A stretch of 64,000 nucleotides of DNA from Candidatus Hodarchaeota archaeon. Its GTDB lineage: Archaea > Asgardarchaeota > Heimdallarchaeia > Hodarchaeales > Hodarchaeaceae. Shown here one piece after another: positions 30,528-40,673 of the stretch (its first letter is position 1; every line of letters starts with the position of its first letter). Location of the stretch: NCBI GenBank assembly GCA_016840035.1, contig JAEOTC010000086.1:32001-96000 (forward strand), written 5' to 3'. The notes below the pieces were generated by a model. It saw only the letters and a program-made list of their open reading frames with translations. It was not told the origin of the DNA and did no database searches. Position numbers and translations under genes: made by a program.

Positions 30528-30645
30528 GTCGGGATATCCAAGCCTGGTAATCATCCATGATGACCATGCTTGACCAGAATGGAGCCAGCCTGCTAAGTTG
30601 GTGCTCTCCCGTAGCTCGGGGGTTCAAATCCCCCTCCCGACGCCA
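30528..30645 (+). tRNA. tRNA-Ser(GCT) with D-arm intron 30550-30579; CCA encoded
   Basis: GTCGGGA/TCCCGAC, CCAGC-CTGCTAA-GTTGG, long variable arm, G73; BHB CTGG-TAA..CCAG-AAT. Confidence 0.9.
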
Positions 30646-30776
30646 TTATTACTTTTATTATGCCATTACTGCTAATTCAGGACTATATTTTTAATTAACC
30701 AACAAATAAAGGTATAAACCTATAGATTCAGCACATTCAGTTAGAAATTTGATATTTCCTTAAATTAAATTTAAAA

Positions 30777-33236
30777 TCAATATATATCAGGTCGATTAAG
30801 ACATTTATAGTAGAGGTCATAAAGAAGCGTGATTAAATCATTTAGTAGATCATTATAGGTTTTAACCGAGCTTTTGATTTCCAGATAATGGCAAAGAAGA
30901 TTCCACTTTTTCCTATAATAATTCAAAAGTTCAAGTATATCTTCTTCTTCTAGGCTTACATATAATTCTTTGAAGTTATCAGTATTTAATACCCTATTTT
31001 CAATAGTGTGAATCACCCGTGAATCAATTTTTCCTGAAATTATCCGTTGTTTCGGTTTCAAGTAGTATCTAGTTTTTTTAGTTAGTAACCGAAATAATTT
31101 CATGATTGTACTAAGAGATCTGTCCTTTTGATCTATTAAATTAGTTAATTTGCCATTAACTTTGGTTGCAAACTCTTCACCTGAAAAAACAAGCATATAT
31201 AGACGAGTTATATTTTTCATTCGATCTATTTGGGACCAGTAAAACATTCTCATCTTATCTGGATGATCAAGAATAAGACAAGCCAGATCCAATATTACAC
31301 TGAAATAGATATTCTTGATGCTTGAAATTCCTTTTCCATGGCCTGAGAATGATCTAGGAGATTGGATTGTACTCCTTAAATCATAACCAAGGTTAGGAGA
31401 ATTCGCAGCAAATTCTCTAAATGGTCCTGAATCGTTTTTGGTTATCTGAATATCTTTAAAATAAGCAGATATTTTGAATTCTTCCCTTTTTATCTCATTA
31501 ATTAAATAAACAAGTGCATCTGCTTGAGTGAAAAGTTTTTTTGCGTGTTTTTTATGTTCATGCACTAGTGAATATTTCCCCCTCATTTTTTCCCAAATCT
31601 CCTTAAGTTTTATATTTGTGATTGTGTTAATTCTATGATTTGATTGATTTAGATCATGATAAATTACCTTTAACAACTGATCAATTACATTCTTATTCCC
31701 AGGTAGAATATTCTGTTTTTTCATCTGCTTTAGTCGTTTAACAACAAAGCCATTTTTATCATGTGCAAAAATAATCTCTAATTCCTTTGTCGAATTATGT
31801 TTTAGAGGTCCCTTGAGAACTTTCAACTTTGTGAGAGCTTCTTCATAGATTCTGAAATATGATGGAAAATTTGAAGGACTTCTTTCCCGAATTAGAGAAT
31901 ATAGTTTTATTATTGATTGTTTATAGTGCTCTAGGATATCAACATTGTCAAAAGAGAATTGAAAATCTGTTATTGTAAAACCAAGTCTTGACCCTCTATA
32001 ATTTAGAATACCTAATGATTCTAAGTTCTGTAGATGTTCAAAGATTTTAATTTTATTTGTAGGTAAATCTAAATTAGAAAGTATCTTCACAACAGTTTTA
32101 TGAATTTTAGTGCTCTGTAAAGTCCTTATTCCTGAAATACCGGTGAAGTTGCTTTCATTATCACAGTACATCCTTCTAATGACAGAATAGACAATCCATT
32201 CTCTTATTAATCTCTTAATCTCGATTTTACGGCCAGTGTTACCTCTGCCTGAAAGATTTACACAGGAGGTAACTATTCTATTATTAAATAGAAATGAATT
32301 ATTACAATCCTCTTTATTTTCCACTTTCCACTTTCCTGTTACCAGATTTAAGTAGGTGTAAATCAATTCGTATAAAGATAATTTCTTGTTTCCTCCCATC
32401 CATGTACGTTCTCTTCCACTTTTTAATTTAATTTGTCGACTCTTTTTATAATCCTGATCTGAAAATTGAAAGTTAAATTTTATCTCTACTTCATAAATTC
32501 CATCTGTTTTAAATTTCAACAAGAGAGGCCTATTTAAAATCAAATTTCCCATTACCTCACGTGTTTTCTTTGAGAAAGTAATACATTCATCAGATATCTC
32601 AAATTCCAATGTTAACAACCAGTTGAAAGCGTTTTCCATTTGCAAAATCGAACAGCATGATGGTATGTTCTTCATGAAATAAGAAACATTATGGTATCCC
32701 ATTTTCAGGGCAATAAGTTCACAGGATGGATGTAAAAACTTATCAGTCTTAACTAATCGCACTATTCTTGGATTTTTTTTAAGATCGACAACGGCTTTAA
32801 CAAATAATGATATACATGTTTTATATCCATGATAAAAGTTACCTTGGGCGCAAATGGCTGACAATTTCAGAACATTGATATTTTTCAATTTAATACTATG
32901 GAACACTATGTCAAAAGAAGAATTCTCAATTTGATTCTTAACATATCTTGAGCCTGTTTTCTCATTATTTCCATTCACAACTACTGCAACTTTAATTTTA
33001 CTAAATATAACAGTTAAAGCACTTAAGAAATACTGTTCATTAAAATCGAAGTATATTTTTCCAATCCTTCCCATCTCGAAAATTAAAGCTTCAACCTTAA
33101 AATTAGACTGTTCAAATATGTACCATAATCGTGTATCAATTCCTAAATTATCCAAAGTAGACAAGTATTTTGTCATCCCATTGGATTCAAGACCTATTGA
33201 GTTATTAATAGCCAACAGGATTCCTGCTAATCCCAT
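30777..33236 (-). CDS. Large orphan basic hypothetical protein between two tRNAs
   Basis: 819-aa ORF, K/I/N-rich, no recognisable motif. Confidence 0.55.
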   Translation of the reverse strand: MGLAGILLAINNSIGLESNGMTKYLSTLDNLGIDTRLWYIFEQSNFKVEALIFEMGRIGKIYFDFNEQYFLSALTVIFSKIKVAVVVNGNNEKTGSRYVKNQIENSSFDIVFHSIKLKNINVLKLSAICAQGNFYHGYKTCISLFVKAVVDLKKNPRIVRLVKTDKFLHPSCELIALKMGYHNVSYFMKNIPSCCSILQMENAFNWLLTLEFEISDECITFSKKTREVMGNLILNRPLLLKFKTDGIYEVEIKFNFQFSDQDYKKSRQIKLKSGRERTWMGGNKKLSLYELIYTYLNLVTGKWKVENKEDCNNSFLFNNRIVTSCVNLSGRGNTGRKIEIKRLIREWIVYSVIRRMYCDNESNFTGISGIRTLQSTKIHKTVVKILSNLDLPTNKIKIFEHLQNLESLGILNYRGSRLGFTITDFQFSFDNVDILEHYKQSIIKLYSLIRERSPSNFPSYFRIYEEALTKLKVLKGPLKHNSTKELEIIFAHDKNGFVVKRLKQMKKQNILPGNKNVIDQLLKVIYHDLNQSNHRINTITNIKLKEIWEKMRGKYSLVHEHKKHAKKLFTQADALVYLINEIKREEFKISAYFKDIQITKNDSGPFREFAANSPNLGYDLRSTIQSPRSFSGHGKGISSIKNIYFSVILDLACLILDHPDKMRMFYWSQIDRMKNITRLYMLVFSGEEFATKVNGKLTNLIDQKDRSLSTIMKLFRLLTKKTRYYLKPKQRIISGKIDSRVIHTIENRVLNTDNFKELYVSLEEEDILELLNYYRKKWNLLCHYLEIKSSVKTYNDLLNDLITLLYDLYYKCLNRPDIY

Positions 33237-33549
33237 CCTCTATACACTACCAGAAATAATGATTTTTGCCCGTTTAGGAGTAATATTTTGGATCTTGTCT
33301 GAGAGAGAATCAATATCCCAATGTGTGTTTGATTCAATTTTCTTAATGATTGAAGGTATTTCTGGTCATATTCCAACAAGTTAGATATTAAATCTGGATA
33401 CATCTATTCTGACTTGATCACTTTACCCTGAAAAGGTAAATGGAGAGACAGGTCTCTGAAAATGAAGAATTAATAGATATTTGAGGAAAATGAAATTCTA
33501 GAAGAAATTTTGAACTGAATTGTTATTTTCATCAGAGAAAGAGAAAGAG

Positions 33550-33660
33550 GGCCGGTGCGGGGAATCGAACCCCGACATGGTGGGCCACAACCACCGATTA
33601 TAGTAATCTAGAGTTTCCGAAGTAACCCCAGATCAAGACTACCATTATCCTACACCGGCC
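33550..33660 (-). tRNA. tRNA-His(GTG) with encoded G-1 and a ~37-39 nt intron near position 25/26 (~33597/33599-33635)
   Basis: GCCGGTG/CACCGGC, GGTGG-TTGTGGC-CCACC, CGGGG-TTCGATT-CCCCG, C73; intron hairpin GATCTGGGGTT/AACTCTAGATT. Confidence 0.85.
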
Positions 33661-33796
33661 AGAGCATTGGAAATTAGTTTTAATCAGGTAATTTCTTTAT
33701 TTTTACCAACTACTTTGTAGATCATTCTCCATTCGTAATCCATTTATGATTTATCCTTATGGACTCCTTTATTTTATCTAAAAATCCTTGGTATAG

Positions 33797-34390
33797 ATGG
33801 ATGACAGGATAATTTTTCTATTGAACCTAGGAAATAAACAAATGATAAAAGATTCTAAAGGTACTACTTCTTCATCTCTTGGGTGCTTACACATGATTAC
33901 AGGAGATGGTAAAGGAAAAACTACGTCTGCATTAGGTATTGCGCTAAGAGCAGCAGGCCATGGATTTAAAATATTGATGATTCAATTCATGAAAAAAGGG
34001 TGGAATTATGGAGAATTGAAGGCAGTAGAATTAGTTCCAAATTTCAAAATAGTCCAATTCGGAACTCCTGACTTTGTTGACAAAAATAATCCCTTGGAAA
34101 TCGATTTTCAGGAAGCACGGGCCGGATTAAATTTTTTTAAGGATGAAATAGACAAATCGTGGGATATTATCATTTTAGACGAAATTAATGTAGTAATTGA
34201 CTATCAACTAATTCCTGAGCAGGAGATCATTATTCTTCTCAGAACAAAACCTAAAAATCTCGAGGTTATTTTGACTGGTAGATATGCTCGAAAGGCCATT
34301 ATTGACCTTTGTGATTATTATACTAAAGTAGATTCCATAAAACATCCGTATCAACAAGGAATTATTGCTCGAAAAGGTGTAGAATTTTGA
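33797..34390 (+). CDS. cobO: Cob(I)alamin adenosyltransferase (CobA/BtuR type)
   Basis: TGDGKGKTTSALG, QFMK, ILDEIN, LTGR, KHPY..GVEF. Confidence 0.95.
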   Translation: MDDRIIFLLNLGNKQMIKDSKGTTSSSLGCLHMITGDGKGKTTSALGIALRAAGHGFKILMIQFMKKGWNYGELKAVELVPNFKIVQFGTPDFVDKNNPLEIDFQEARAGLNFFKDEIDKSWDIIILDEINVVIDYQLIPEQEIIILLRTKPKNLEVILTGRYARKAIIDLCDYYTKVDSIKHPYQQGIIARKGVEF

Positions 34391-36102
34391 CAGCTTCTCC
34401 GAATAAACCCAAAAAGACCTCTGAACGCAAGACTTCTTCCAAACACACTGAACTACTTCAAAAACGAAAAGAGTGGGAGGAAAAATATGAAAAATTGGTG
34501 AAAAAGAAGCCTGAAAGGCTACCCAGTTTCGTGACAACATCAAGCGTCTCGATCAACCGTCTCTATGGGCCTACCGATATACCTATGACATGGAATTATC
34601 TTGAGGATTTAGGTCATCCTGGAGAATTTCCTTTTACTCGCGGGGTACAACAAACGATGTACAGAGGGCGTTTATGGACAATGCGCCAATTTGCTGGTTT
34701 TGGAGGGGCAGAAGAGACGAATGAAAGGTTTAAATTCTTGTTAGCTAATGGTATGACTGGTTTAAGTGTTGCCTTTCATCTTCCTACTCTATATGGACGT
34801 GAATCAACTCATCTTATGTCTCTAGGAGAAGTGGGAAAGCTGGGAGTAGCAATCGATACGTTAAGGGATATGGAAATTCTCTTCGATGGGATCCCACTTG
34901 ATCAAGTTACTACTTCAATGACTATAAATGCACCAGCGGCTATCTTACTTGCTATGTATATTGCAGTAGCTGAGCAACAGGGGATTTCGTCAGATAAGAT
35001 CGGCGGTACAATTCAAAACGATATTCTTAAGGAATATATGGCCCAAAAATCTTATATTTTCCCACCAAAACCATCTATGCGTCTCATCGTAGATACGATA
35101 AAATACTGTTCCAAAAAGGTCCCGAGATGGAATACTATTTCAATTTCTGGTTATCATATTCGTGAAGCTGGATCAACAGCAGCTCAAGAACTAGCTTTCA
35201 CCCTTATTAACGGGTTTGAATATGTGAGATGGGCTGTAAAATCCGGGATGGACATAGATGAGTTTGCTCCAAGGCTTTCGTTCTTTTTCAATTCACATAA
35301 TGATTTTTTTGAAGAAATTGCAAAGTTTAGAGCAGCTCGCAGAATTTGGGCTAGAAAAATGAAAGAATATTCCCCTAAGAATGAGCGTTCTCTTTGGCTT
35401 AGATTCCATACTCAAACTGCAGGATGTTCATTAACTGCCCAACAACCGTATAATAATGTTGTTAGAACCACAGTTCAATCTATGGCTGCTGTAATTGGTG
35501 GTACACAATCTTTGCATACAAATTCGCTGGATGAGGCGTTAGCTTTACCAAGTGAAGATGCTGTAGAAATTGCACTCCGAACCCAGCAAATAATTGCTCA
35601 TGAGAGCGGACTCACAAATACAATTGATCCCCTGGCGGGGAGCTACTTTGTGGAAAGTCTGACAAACAAGATGGAAGAGGAAGTAGAGGAATATATTCGA
35701 AAAGTGGATCAATTAGGAGGAGTGATTCCTGCAATAGAGAAAGGATTTTTCCAACAGGAGATTGCGAATGCCGCTTATCAGTACCAAAAAGAAATTGAAG
35801 CAAACGAGAGAACTATTGTTGGAGTGAATGATTTCGCAAAGGATGAACAGATCAAGATACCAATTTTACAAATTGGTGAGGAGATTGCAGAACGTCAAAA
35901 GAAACGATTAGAGAAAGTTAAACAAGAAAGAGATTCAGAATCAGTTGTTAACACATTAGCCAGAATTCGTGAAGCTGCGAAAGGGGACGAAAATCTATTT
36001 CCCCTAATTTTGGAAGCTGTTAAATCCTATGCATCTATTGGAGAAATCTGTGATGTCCTAAGAGAAGTATTTGGAGAATGGAAGGGAGATTTGTTATTCT
36101 AA
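34387..36102 (+). CDS. B12-dependent acyl-CoA mutase large subunit, isobutyryl-CoA-mutase-like residues
   Basis: PFTRG, WTMRQFAGF, QNDILKEYMAQK, GYHIREAG, HTQTAG. Confidence 0.9.
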   Translation: MTASPNKPKKTSERKTSSKHTELLQKRKEWEEKYEKLVKKKPERLPSFVTTSSVSINRLYGPTDIPMTWNYLEDLGHPGEFPFTRGVQQTMYRGRLWTMRQFAGFGGAEETNERFKFLLANGMTGLSVAFHLPTLYGRESTHLMSLGEVGKLGVAIDTLRDMEILFDGIPLDQVTTSMTINAPAAILLAMYIAVAEQQGISSDKIGGTIQNDILKEYMAQKSYIFPPKPSMRLIVDTIKYCSKKVPRWNTISISGYHIREAGSTAAQELAFTLINGFEYVRWAVKSGMDIDEFAPRLSFFFNSHNDFFEEIAKFRAARRIWARKMKEYSPKNERSLWLRFHTQTAGCSLTAQQPYNNVVRTTVQSMAAVIGGTQSLHTNSLDEALALPSEDAVEIALRTQQIIAHESGLTNTIDPLAGSYFVESLTNKMEEEVEEYIRKVDQLGGVIPAIEKGFFQQEIANAAYQYQKEIEANERTIVGVNDFAKDEQIKIPILQIGEEIAERQKKRLEKVKQERDSESVVNTLARIREAAKGDENLFPLILEAVKSYASIGEICDVLREVFGEWKGDLLF

Positions 36103-36118
36103 ATAAGGAAGGAATATT

Positions 36119-36529
36119 ATGAGTACAAACCAGAAGATACGTGTCTTATTAGCAAAACCGGGGCTAGATGGTCATGACCGTGGCGTGAAAGTTGTCGCAA
36201 GAGCGCTTCGGGATGCTGGAATGGAAGTTATCTACACAGGCTTGCATAAGAGTCCGGAGGTAATTATTGAGGCTGCATTACAGGAGGATGTAGATGTCAT
36301 TGGCCTGTCTAGTTTAAGTGGTGCTCATTTGGCACTTTTTACTCAGATAATGAAGTTACTCTCGGAAAGAGAAATGGCTGAAGATACTCTTGTCATTGCT
36401 GGAGGAATTATTCCTGATGCAGACATTCCAAAGCTCGAGAAAATCGGTATCAAGGGTATTTTTGGTCCCGGTGCGGATACTGATGACATAACAAATTTTA
36501 TCAGATCAAATCTTAAACGTACCATATAA
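36119..36529 (+). CDS. Acyl-CoA mutase B12-binding subunit
   Basis: [22 protein letters not shown]. Confidence 0.95.
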   Translation: MSTNQKIRVLLAKPGLDGHDRGVKVVARALRDAGMEVIYTGLHKSPEVIIEAALQEDVDVIGLSSLSGAHLALFTQIMKLLSEREMAEDTLVIAGGIIPDADIPKLEKIGIKGIFGPGADTDDITNFIRSNLKRTI

Positions 36530-36572
36530 CTGTGATATTGATTTCCATAATCCTACAATATTGGGTTAAAAC

Positions 36573-36719
36573 ATGACGTCCTATTTATGTCAAAAATGCC
36601 ATCAAGAGATTGATCCCGCCGAGTTGGAAACATTACCAGGGATTAGATGTATTATTTGTGGTCATAGAATTCTTTTGAAAAAACGACCCCCAATTATCAA
36701 ACGATTGAAAACGGATTAA
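36573..36719 (+). CDS. rpoP: RNA polymerase subunit Rpo12 (P); absent from ORF track
   Basis: Manual translation MTSYLCQKCHQEIDPAELETLPGIRCIICGHRILLKKRPPIIKRLKTD. Confidence 0.9.
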   Translation: MTSYLCQKCHQEIDPAELETLPGIRCIICGHRILLKKRPPIIKRLKTD

Positions 36720-36819
36720 TCAGTGTCGGACGACTGAAATCTCTAGATAAATTTATATTCTCGCATAAATTAGTGAATGTCAGCTGATTCAACCAGAAAT
36801 TTGAGGTCTAATTAAAAAA

Positions 36820-37131
36820 ATGGGTGAAATTTGTAAAACCTGTGGTTTACCGACAGAGCTCTGTGCTTGTTCGGATATTGCACGGGAAGAACAGACGAGT
36901 ATTCGTGTTTATATCGAAAGAAGAAAATGGGGAAGAGAGGTAACGGTGATAGCGGGTCTATCAAAAGACATCGACTTGAAACCTTTAACTAAACGCCTGA
37001 AGAAAAAACTTGCAACGGGTGGTACGACAAAAGAGGGACGTATCGAACTTCAAGGTAATTTCATGCGATTAGTTGCGCCTATCTTGGTGAAAGAGGGTTT
37101 TCCTGAATCTTCTATTGAACTACGAGATTAA
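36820..37131 (+). CDS. sui1: Translation initiation factor aIF1/SUI1
   Basis: CKTCGLP.ELCAC, LKKKLATGGT, IELQG. Confidence 0.95.
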   Translation: MGEICKTCGLPTELCACSDIAREEQTSIRVYIERRKWGREVTVIAGLSKDIDLKPLTKRLKKKLATGGTTKEGRIELQGNFMRLVAPILVKEGFPESSIELRD

Positions 37132-37232
37132 TTCTGTAGATTTCTCTACCTCTGAATTCTTTTCAAAGAGATCTTCTTTACGTAAAAGAATATTTAAGGC
37201 CCTTACAGTATTGAAGGATATAGAAAAAAAGT

Positions 37233-37260
37233 AATCTTCACCTTTTCGAAAGGTGAGATT
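37233..37260. terminator. Stem-loop between convergent genes
   Basis: AATCTTCACCTT-TTCGA-AAGGTGAGATT. Confidence 0.4.
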
Positions 37261-37301
37261 CAGAATGAATTCTTATTCCTTGTTACTTTTCGCTAGGACG
37301 C

Positions 37302-37634
37302 TCAATCTTGAGGTGTTTCAATTGCCTCAACTAAGTGCTTGCCAGAAATGACTTGGTCAATTGAATGAATCGAACCGTGTAAGTCATTAATTGCCTTTGA
37401 AATCAATTCGTAATCCATATTCGATCCTTCGAGAACCACTTTTAAATTCTCTGTTTTTGCATCTATTTCCACCAGAGTGCAATTTACGGCATTTACTCCA
37501 TCAACTTGTTCTAGTGCGGTTGCAAAAGAAACAAGAGACGGATCATGAAGTTTTAGAACATCTAGCACCAGACGACGCACACCGCCGACCTTTGAAGTAC
37601 TGCTTCCACCCTTCGAATCAGTTTTGTCAGACAT
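37302..37634 (-). CDS. DUF211 family protein
   Basis: VRRLVLDVLK, EIDAKTE, SIHSIDQV. Confidence 0.9.
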   Translation of the reverse strand: MSDKTDSKGGSSTSKVGGVRRLVLDVLKLHDPSLVSFATALEQVDGVNAVNCTLVEIDAKTENLKVVLEGSNMDYELISKAINDLHGSIHSIDQVISGKHLVEAIETPQD

Positions 37635-37746
37635 GACCTCTGTGACACCTAAATTTTTTTCCTATTAGAATAGAATACTGTGAGTATTACTCAACGAAAA
37701 AGGTTTTTAAACCTTAGGAGAAGAATAAATAAAACGTGATGCATGG

Positions 37747-38088
37747 ATGTCAAATCTAAATCGGTTTTTTTCACAGGAAATTGGGGTAAAACCAAAATCC
37801 AAAGAAACTCTTAAGAAAAAAAAGCCTATCCTTTTCACCCGGAATAAACTCCCCAAAGGACTCAACGATTTATCGAAGGAGGATTTACTAGAATTATTGG
37901 AACAGATTTTCCCTCTCATTCCAGGTTTTTTTTCAAATTTAGCTTGGACTAGACAAAAACTTCTTCCAAAGAATCCAAATATTACCCCCAGCGATCTAGC
38001 TAGCGAATTGAACATACCTTTATTAGAAGCATACTACATTCTGGAGAATCTTCAACAAACCTATTCTTCAGAAAGACCATCGGTTTGA
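37747..38088 (+). CDS. Hypothetical protein, possible C-terminal HTH
   Basis: PNITPSDLASELNIPLLEAYYIL. Confidence 0.5.
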   Translation: MSNLNRFFSQEIGVKPKSKETLKKKKPILFTRNKLPKGLNDLSKEDLLELLEQIFPLIPGFFSNLAWTRQKLLPKNPNITPSDLASELNIPLLEAYYILENLQQTYSSERPSV

Positions 38089-39344
38089 AACATTATTTCT
38101 GCAATGTTTTGGTAAGAATTAAGTTTGTTTATGGCCTCAGTACACCCTTCAATTAAAGGTGTATTGTTTGATTCTTCAGCTTTTTGTTTTGCGCCCTCGA
38201 GTAAAGTTGTAGCTTCATTAAAATGCGCTATAGCTTCAGGCATTAGCTGATCGTATTCAACGACCGCATTACAAAACTTAGTCATTGCATCGAAATAATA
38301 AATTTGGGGTTGAAATGATGCAGAGAGTTCTTCACTTGGTAGCTTCGAAAGCATGCCATCCAGAGTTTTACGCGCATTGGTAAAGTTAACAGCAGCCAAT
38401 TCATTATTATCTTTTGACATATGGTCTTTTGCTAATGCCTCGTAATACGATGACATCTGAATCAATTCCTGGAGTTCATATTCAATATTACTTTGAATTT
38501 TACTTAAAGATCTGTAGAGCTGGGCTGATTTACTATACTCCTTGGAGGCTTTGTCATAGATTTCGTTCTCAGATTGAATAATGCCTGTGGAAAAGAATTT
38601 TTCTGCTTGTTTTTCCAATTTTTGAATACCTAAACTTATAATTTGAACACGGGTTTTGTCAAAATCTTTATTACTAGTTTCTTGTCCTAAGAAACGAGCT
38701 TTGCGAAAGAAACGTAAAGCTTGGTACATTTCACTCGAATTTGAGGAAGAAATTCCTCGTAAATTGTATAAGAGACCCGTCACATAATAGATATTTCGTA
38801 ATGAATCAAAATAATGAAAGTAATCCTGAGATTTCTGTTCAAATTCCAATTCATTTGAGTACCGTTTGATCGCTTCAGTATATAGGATCTCGGCTTGTGC
38901 TAGATCATTCTCTTCAAAACTGGTCTGTGCACGAATGTTTTGGACCCGAGCATCAGTTCTTAGCAATAATCGATCGATATCATATTGCCATCTAGAATAG
39001 ACTTCTGGAAAATCTTTCTGAATGGTCGAAATTCCTTCTTGAACCTTCTGGTAATTATTTATTGCTTTAGAAATTCGATTACTGAGAAATAAAAATTCGC
39101 TATTAAAGAATAAACGTAAGTTCTGTAAAAGATGAAGATAGAAATCGATTTCTGGACTTTCTTGCGAGCTTAAAGTCTCATTCAATTCGTCACATATCTG
39201 AACTAATTCAGCAATTCTATCTGCTGAAATTTGATAGTCCTGAGTAAAGATCTCTTTTAATTTCGTCATAGCAATTTTTTCACTCATATATCGATCCACA
39301 CTGACAGTTAAAATATGCACAAGTCTATTCTGGAAAAGAGTCAA
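38061..39344 (-). CDS. TPR-like all-alpha protein
   Basis: Repeated AxxxY/FxxA helices. Confidence 0.6.
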   Translation of the reverse strand: MTLFQNRLVHILTVSVDRYMSEKIAMTKLKEIFTQDYQISADRIAELVQICDELNETLSSQESPEIDFYLHLLQNLRLFFNSEFLFLSNRISKAINNYQKVQEGISTIQKDFPEVYSRWQYDIDRLLLRTDARVQNIRAQTSFEENDLAQAEILYTEAIKRYSNELEFEQKSQDYFHYFDSLRNIYYVTGLLYNLRGISSSNSSEMYQALRFFRKARFLGQETSNKDFDKTRVQIISLGIQKLEKQAEKFFSTGIIQSENEIYDKASKEYSKSAQLYRSLSKIQSNIEYELQELIQMSSYYEALAKDHMSKDNNELAAVNFTNARKTLDGMLSKLPSEELSASFQPQIYYFDAMTKFCNAVVEYDQLMPEAIAHFNEATTLLEGAKQKAEESNNTPLIEGCTEAINKLNSYQNIAEIMFQTDGLSEE

Positions 39345-39454
39345 CTGAACATATCAACGTTCTGGTGGAGTAAGAGAATTCAACGATAAAAAACATTTTG
39401 ATATTTTCTTTAAATCCTCTCTAATATAAGATAGCAACTAAACAACTGGTATAG

Positions 39455-40492
39455 GTGCAAGAAATGACTGATTGGACATCTGAAGAAGGTATTTCTGATG
39501 AAGAGAAAATTTATTATTACCGTAAGGCTGGACAGATAGGATATGAGGTATTAAATTCGGTCAAGGACATGATTAAACCCGGAGTTCCTATCATTGAAAT
39601 TTGTGAAACTGCAGAAAAATTGATCATGGATAAAGGAGCTGAAGGTTTCGGTTTTCCAACAAATGTTTCTATTGATAATATTGCAGCACATTATACCAGT
39701 CCTTTTGGGGATGAGAGTTTAATTCCTGAGTCAGGGAGTATAAAACTTGATCTTGGAGTTCATGTGAACGGTTATATTGCAGATACAGCAGTAACGGTAA
39801 TTCTCTCTGATGAATTAAAGGATCTAAAAAAAGCAGCTGAAGAAGGATTTTCTGCTGGTATGGAAATCATCCAGGCTGGAACACTTCCCTCAATGGTAGG
39901 TGGAAGGATTGAAGAAACCATTACCGGGTATGGATATAGACCAATTAAAGAATTAACTGGTCACAAATTAGGACGATATGAGCTGCATGGGGACAAAAGA
40001 TTACCAAGTGTAAGTGCTCCATTTGACCCTGCAGAAGCATCCTTAGAGGTAGGAGAAGCTTATGCACTGGAAACTTTTGCAACTACGGGTTCAGGGAGTA
40101 TTCATGAAATAAAAGGTTCAAGATACATCTATATGCTCCTTCCACGACGAATTGCGATCCGAAATCCCGTCTCGAGAAAAATATACTCTACGATATACAA
40201 AAAGTATAAAACACTTCCTTTCGCGGAAAGATGGCTCAGTTCATATGACCAATTTAATCCTGCGAGAGTTCGCTTCGCCCTACGTGAATTACTCAATAAT
40301 GGTGGAGCTATTGTATACCCAACTCTTGCAGATGAAAAAGGAAGTTACGTTGCACAGTATGAACATACTTTTGTAATTACTGAAAACGATGGTGTAATTA
40401 TCACAACGAAACCACCATTTAAGTTTGAAGTTCCAGAATCATTGACAGAAAATGGAACTGATAACAATTCCAAATCTTCTGAAGAGGAATAG
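39455..40492 (+). CDS. map: Type II methionine aminopeptidase
   Basis: AAHYT, KLDLGVHVNGYIADTA, LTGH, ETFATTGSG, AQYEHT. Confidence 0.95.
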   Translation: MQEMTDWTSEEGISDEEKIYYYRKAGQIGYEVLNSVKDMIKPGVPIIEICETAEKLIMDKGAEGFGFPTNVSIDNIAAHYTSPFGDESLIPESGSIKLDLGVHVNGYIADTAVTVILSDELKDLKKAAEEGFSAGMEIIQAGTLPSMVGGRIEETITGYGYRPIKELTGHKLGRYELHGDKRLPSVSAPFDPAEASLEVGEAYALETFATTGSGSIHEIKGSRYIYMLLPRRIAIRNPVSRKIYSTIYKKYKTLPFAERWLSSYDQFNPARVRFALRELLNNGGAIVYPTLADEKGSYVAQYEHTFVITENDGVIITTKPPFKFEVPESLTENGTDNNSKSSEEE

Positions 40493-40673
40493 CGAAATCT
40501 GCTCCCTGAAAAACTGTTTATTTTGACTCTGTATTATTCATCATTCGATAGAGGATAATTTCACTAAAATTTACTAATTTTTGAATCTACTAGATTCAAT
40601 AACCTTTTTTTATTCCTCTTCTAGTTTAGTACTTAAACAAAAGAAAAGGATAATTCCGAGGATGTAAGAATAC

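Noticed and set aside
30642-30673. GCCATTA(T)TACT short duplication as an att site
   Set aside because: Too short, adjacent rather than flanking the insert, and no integrase
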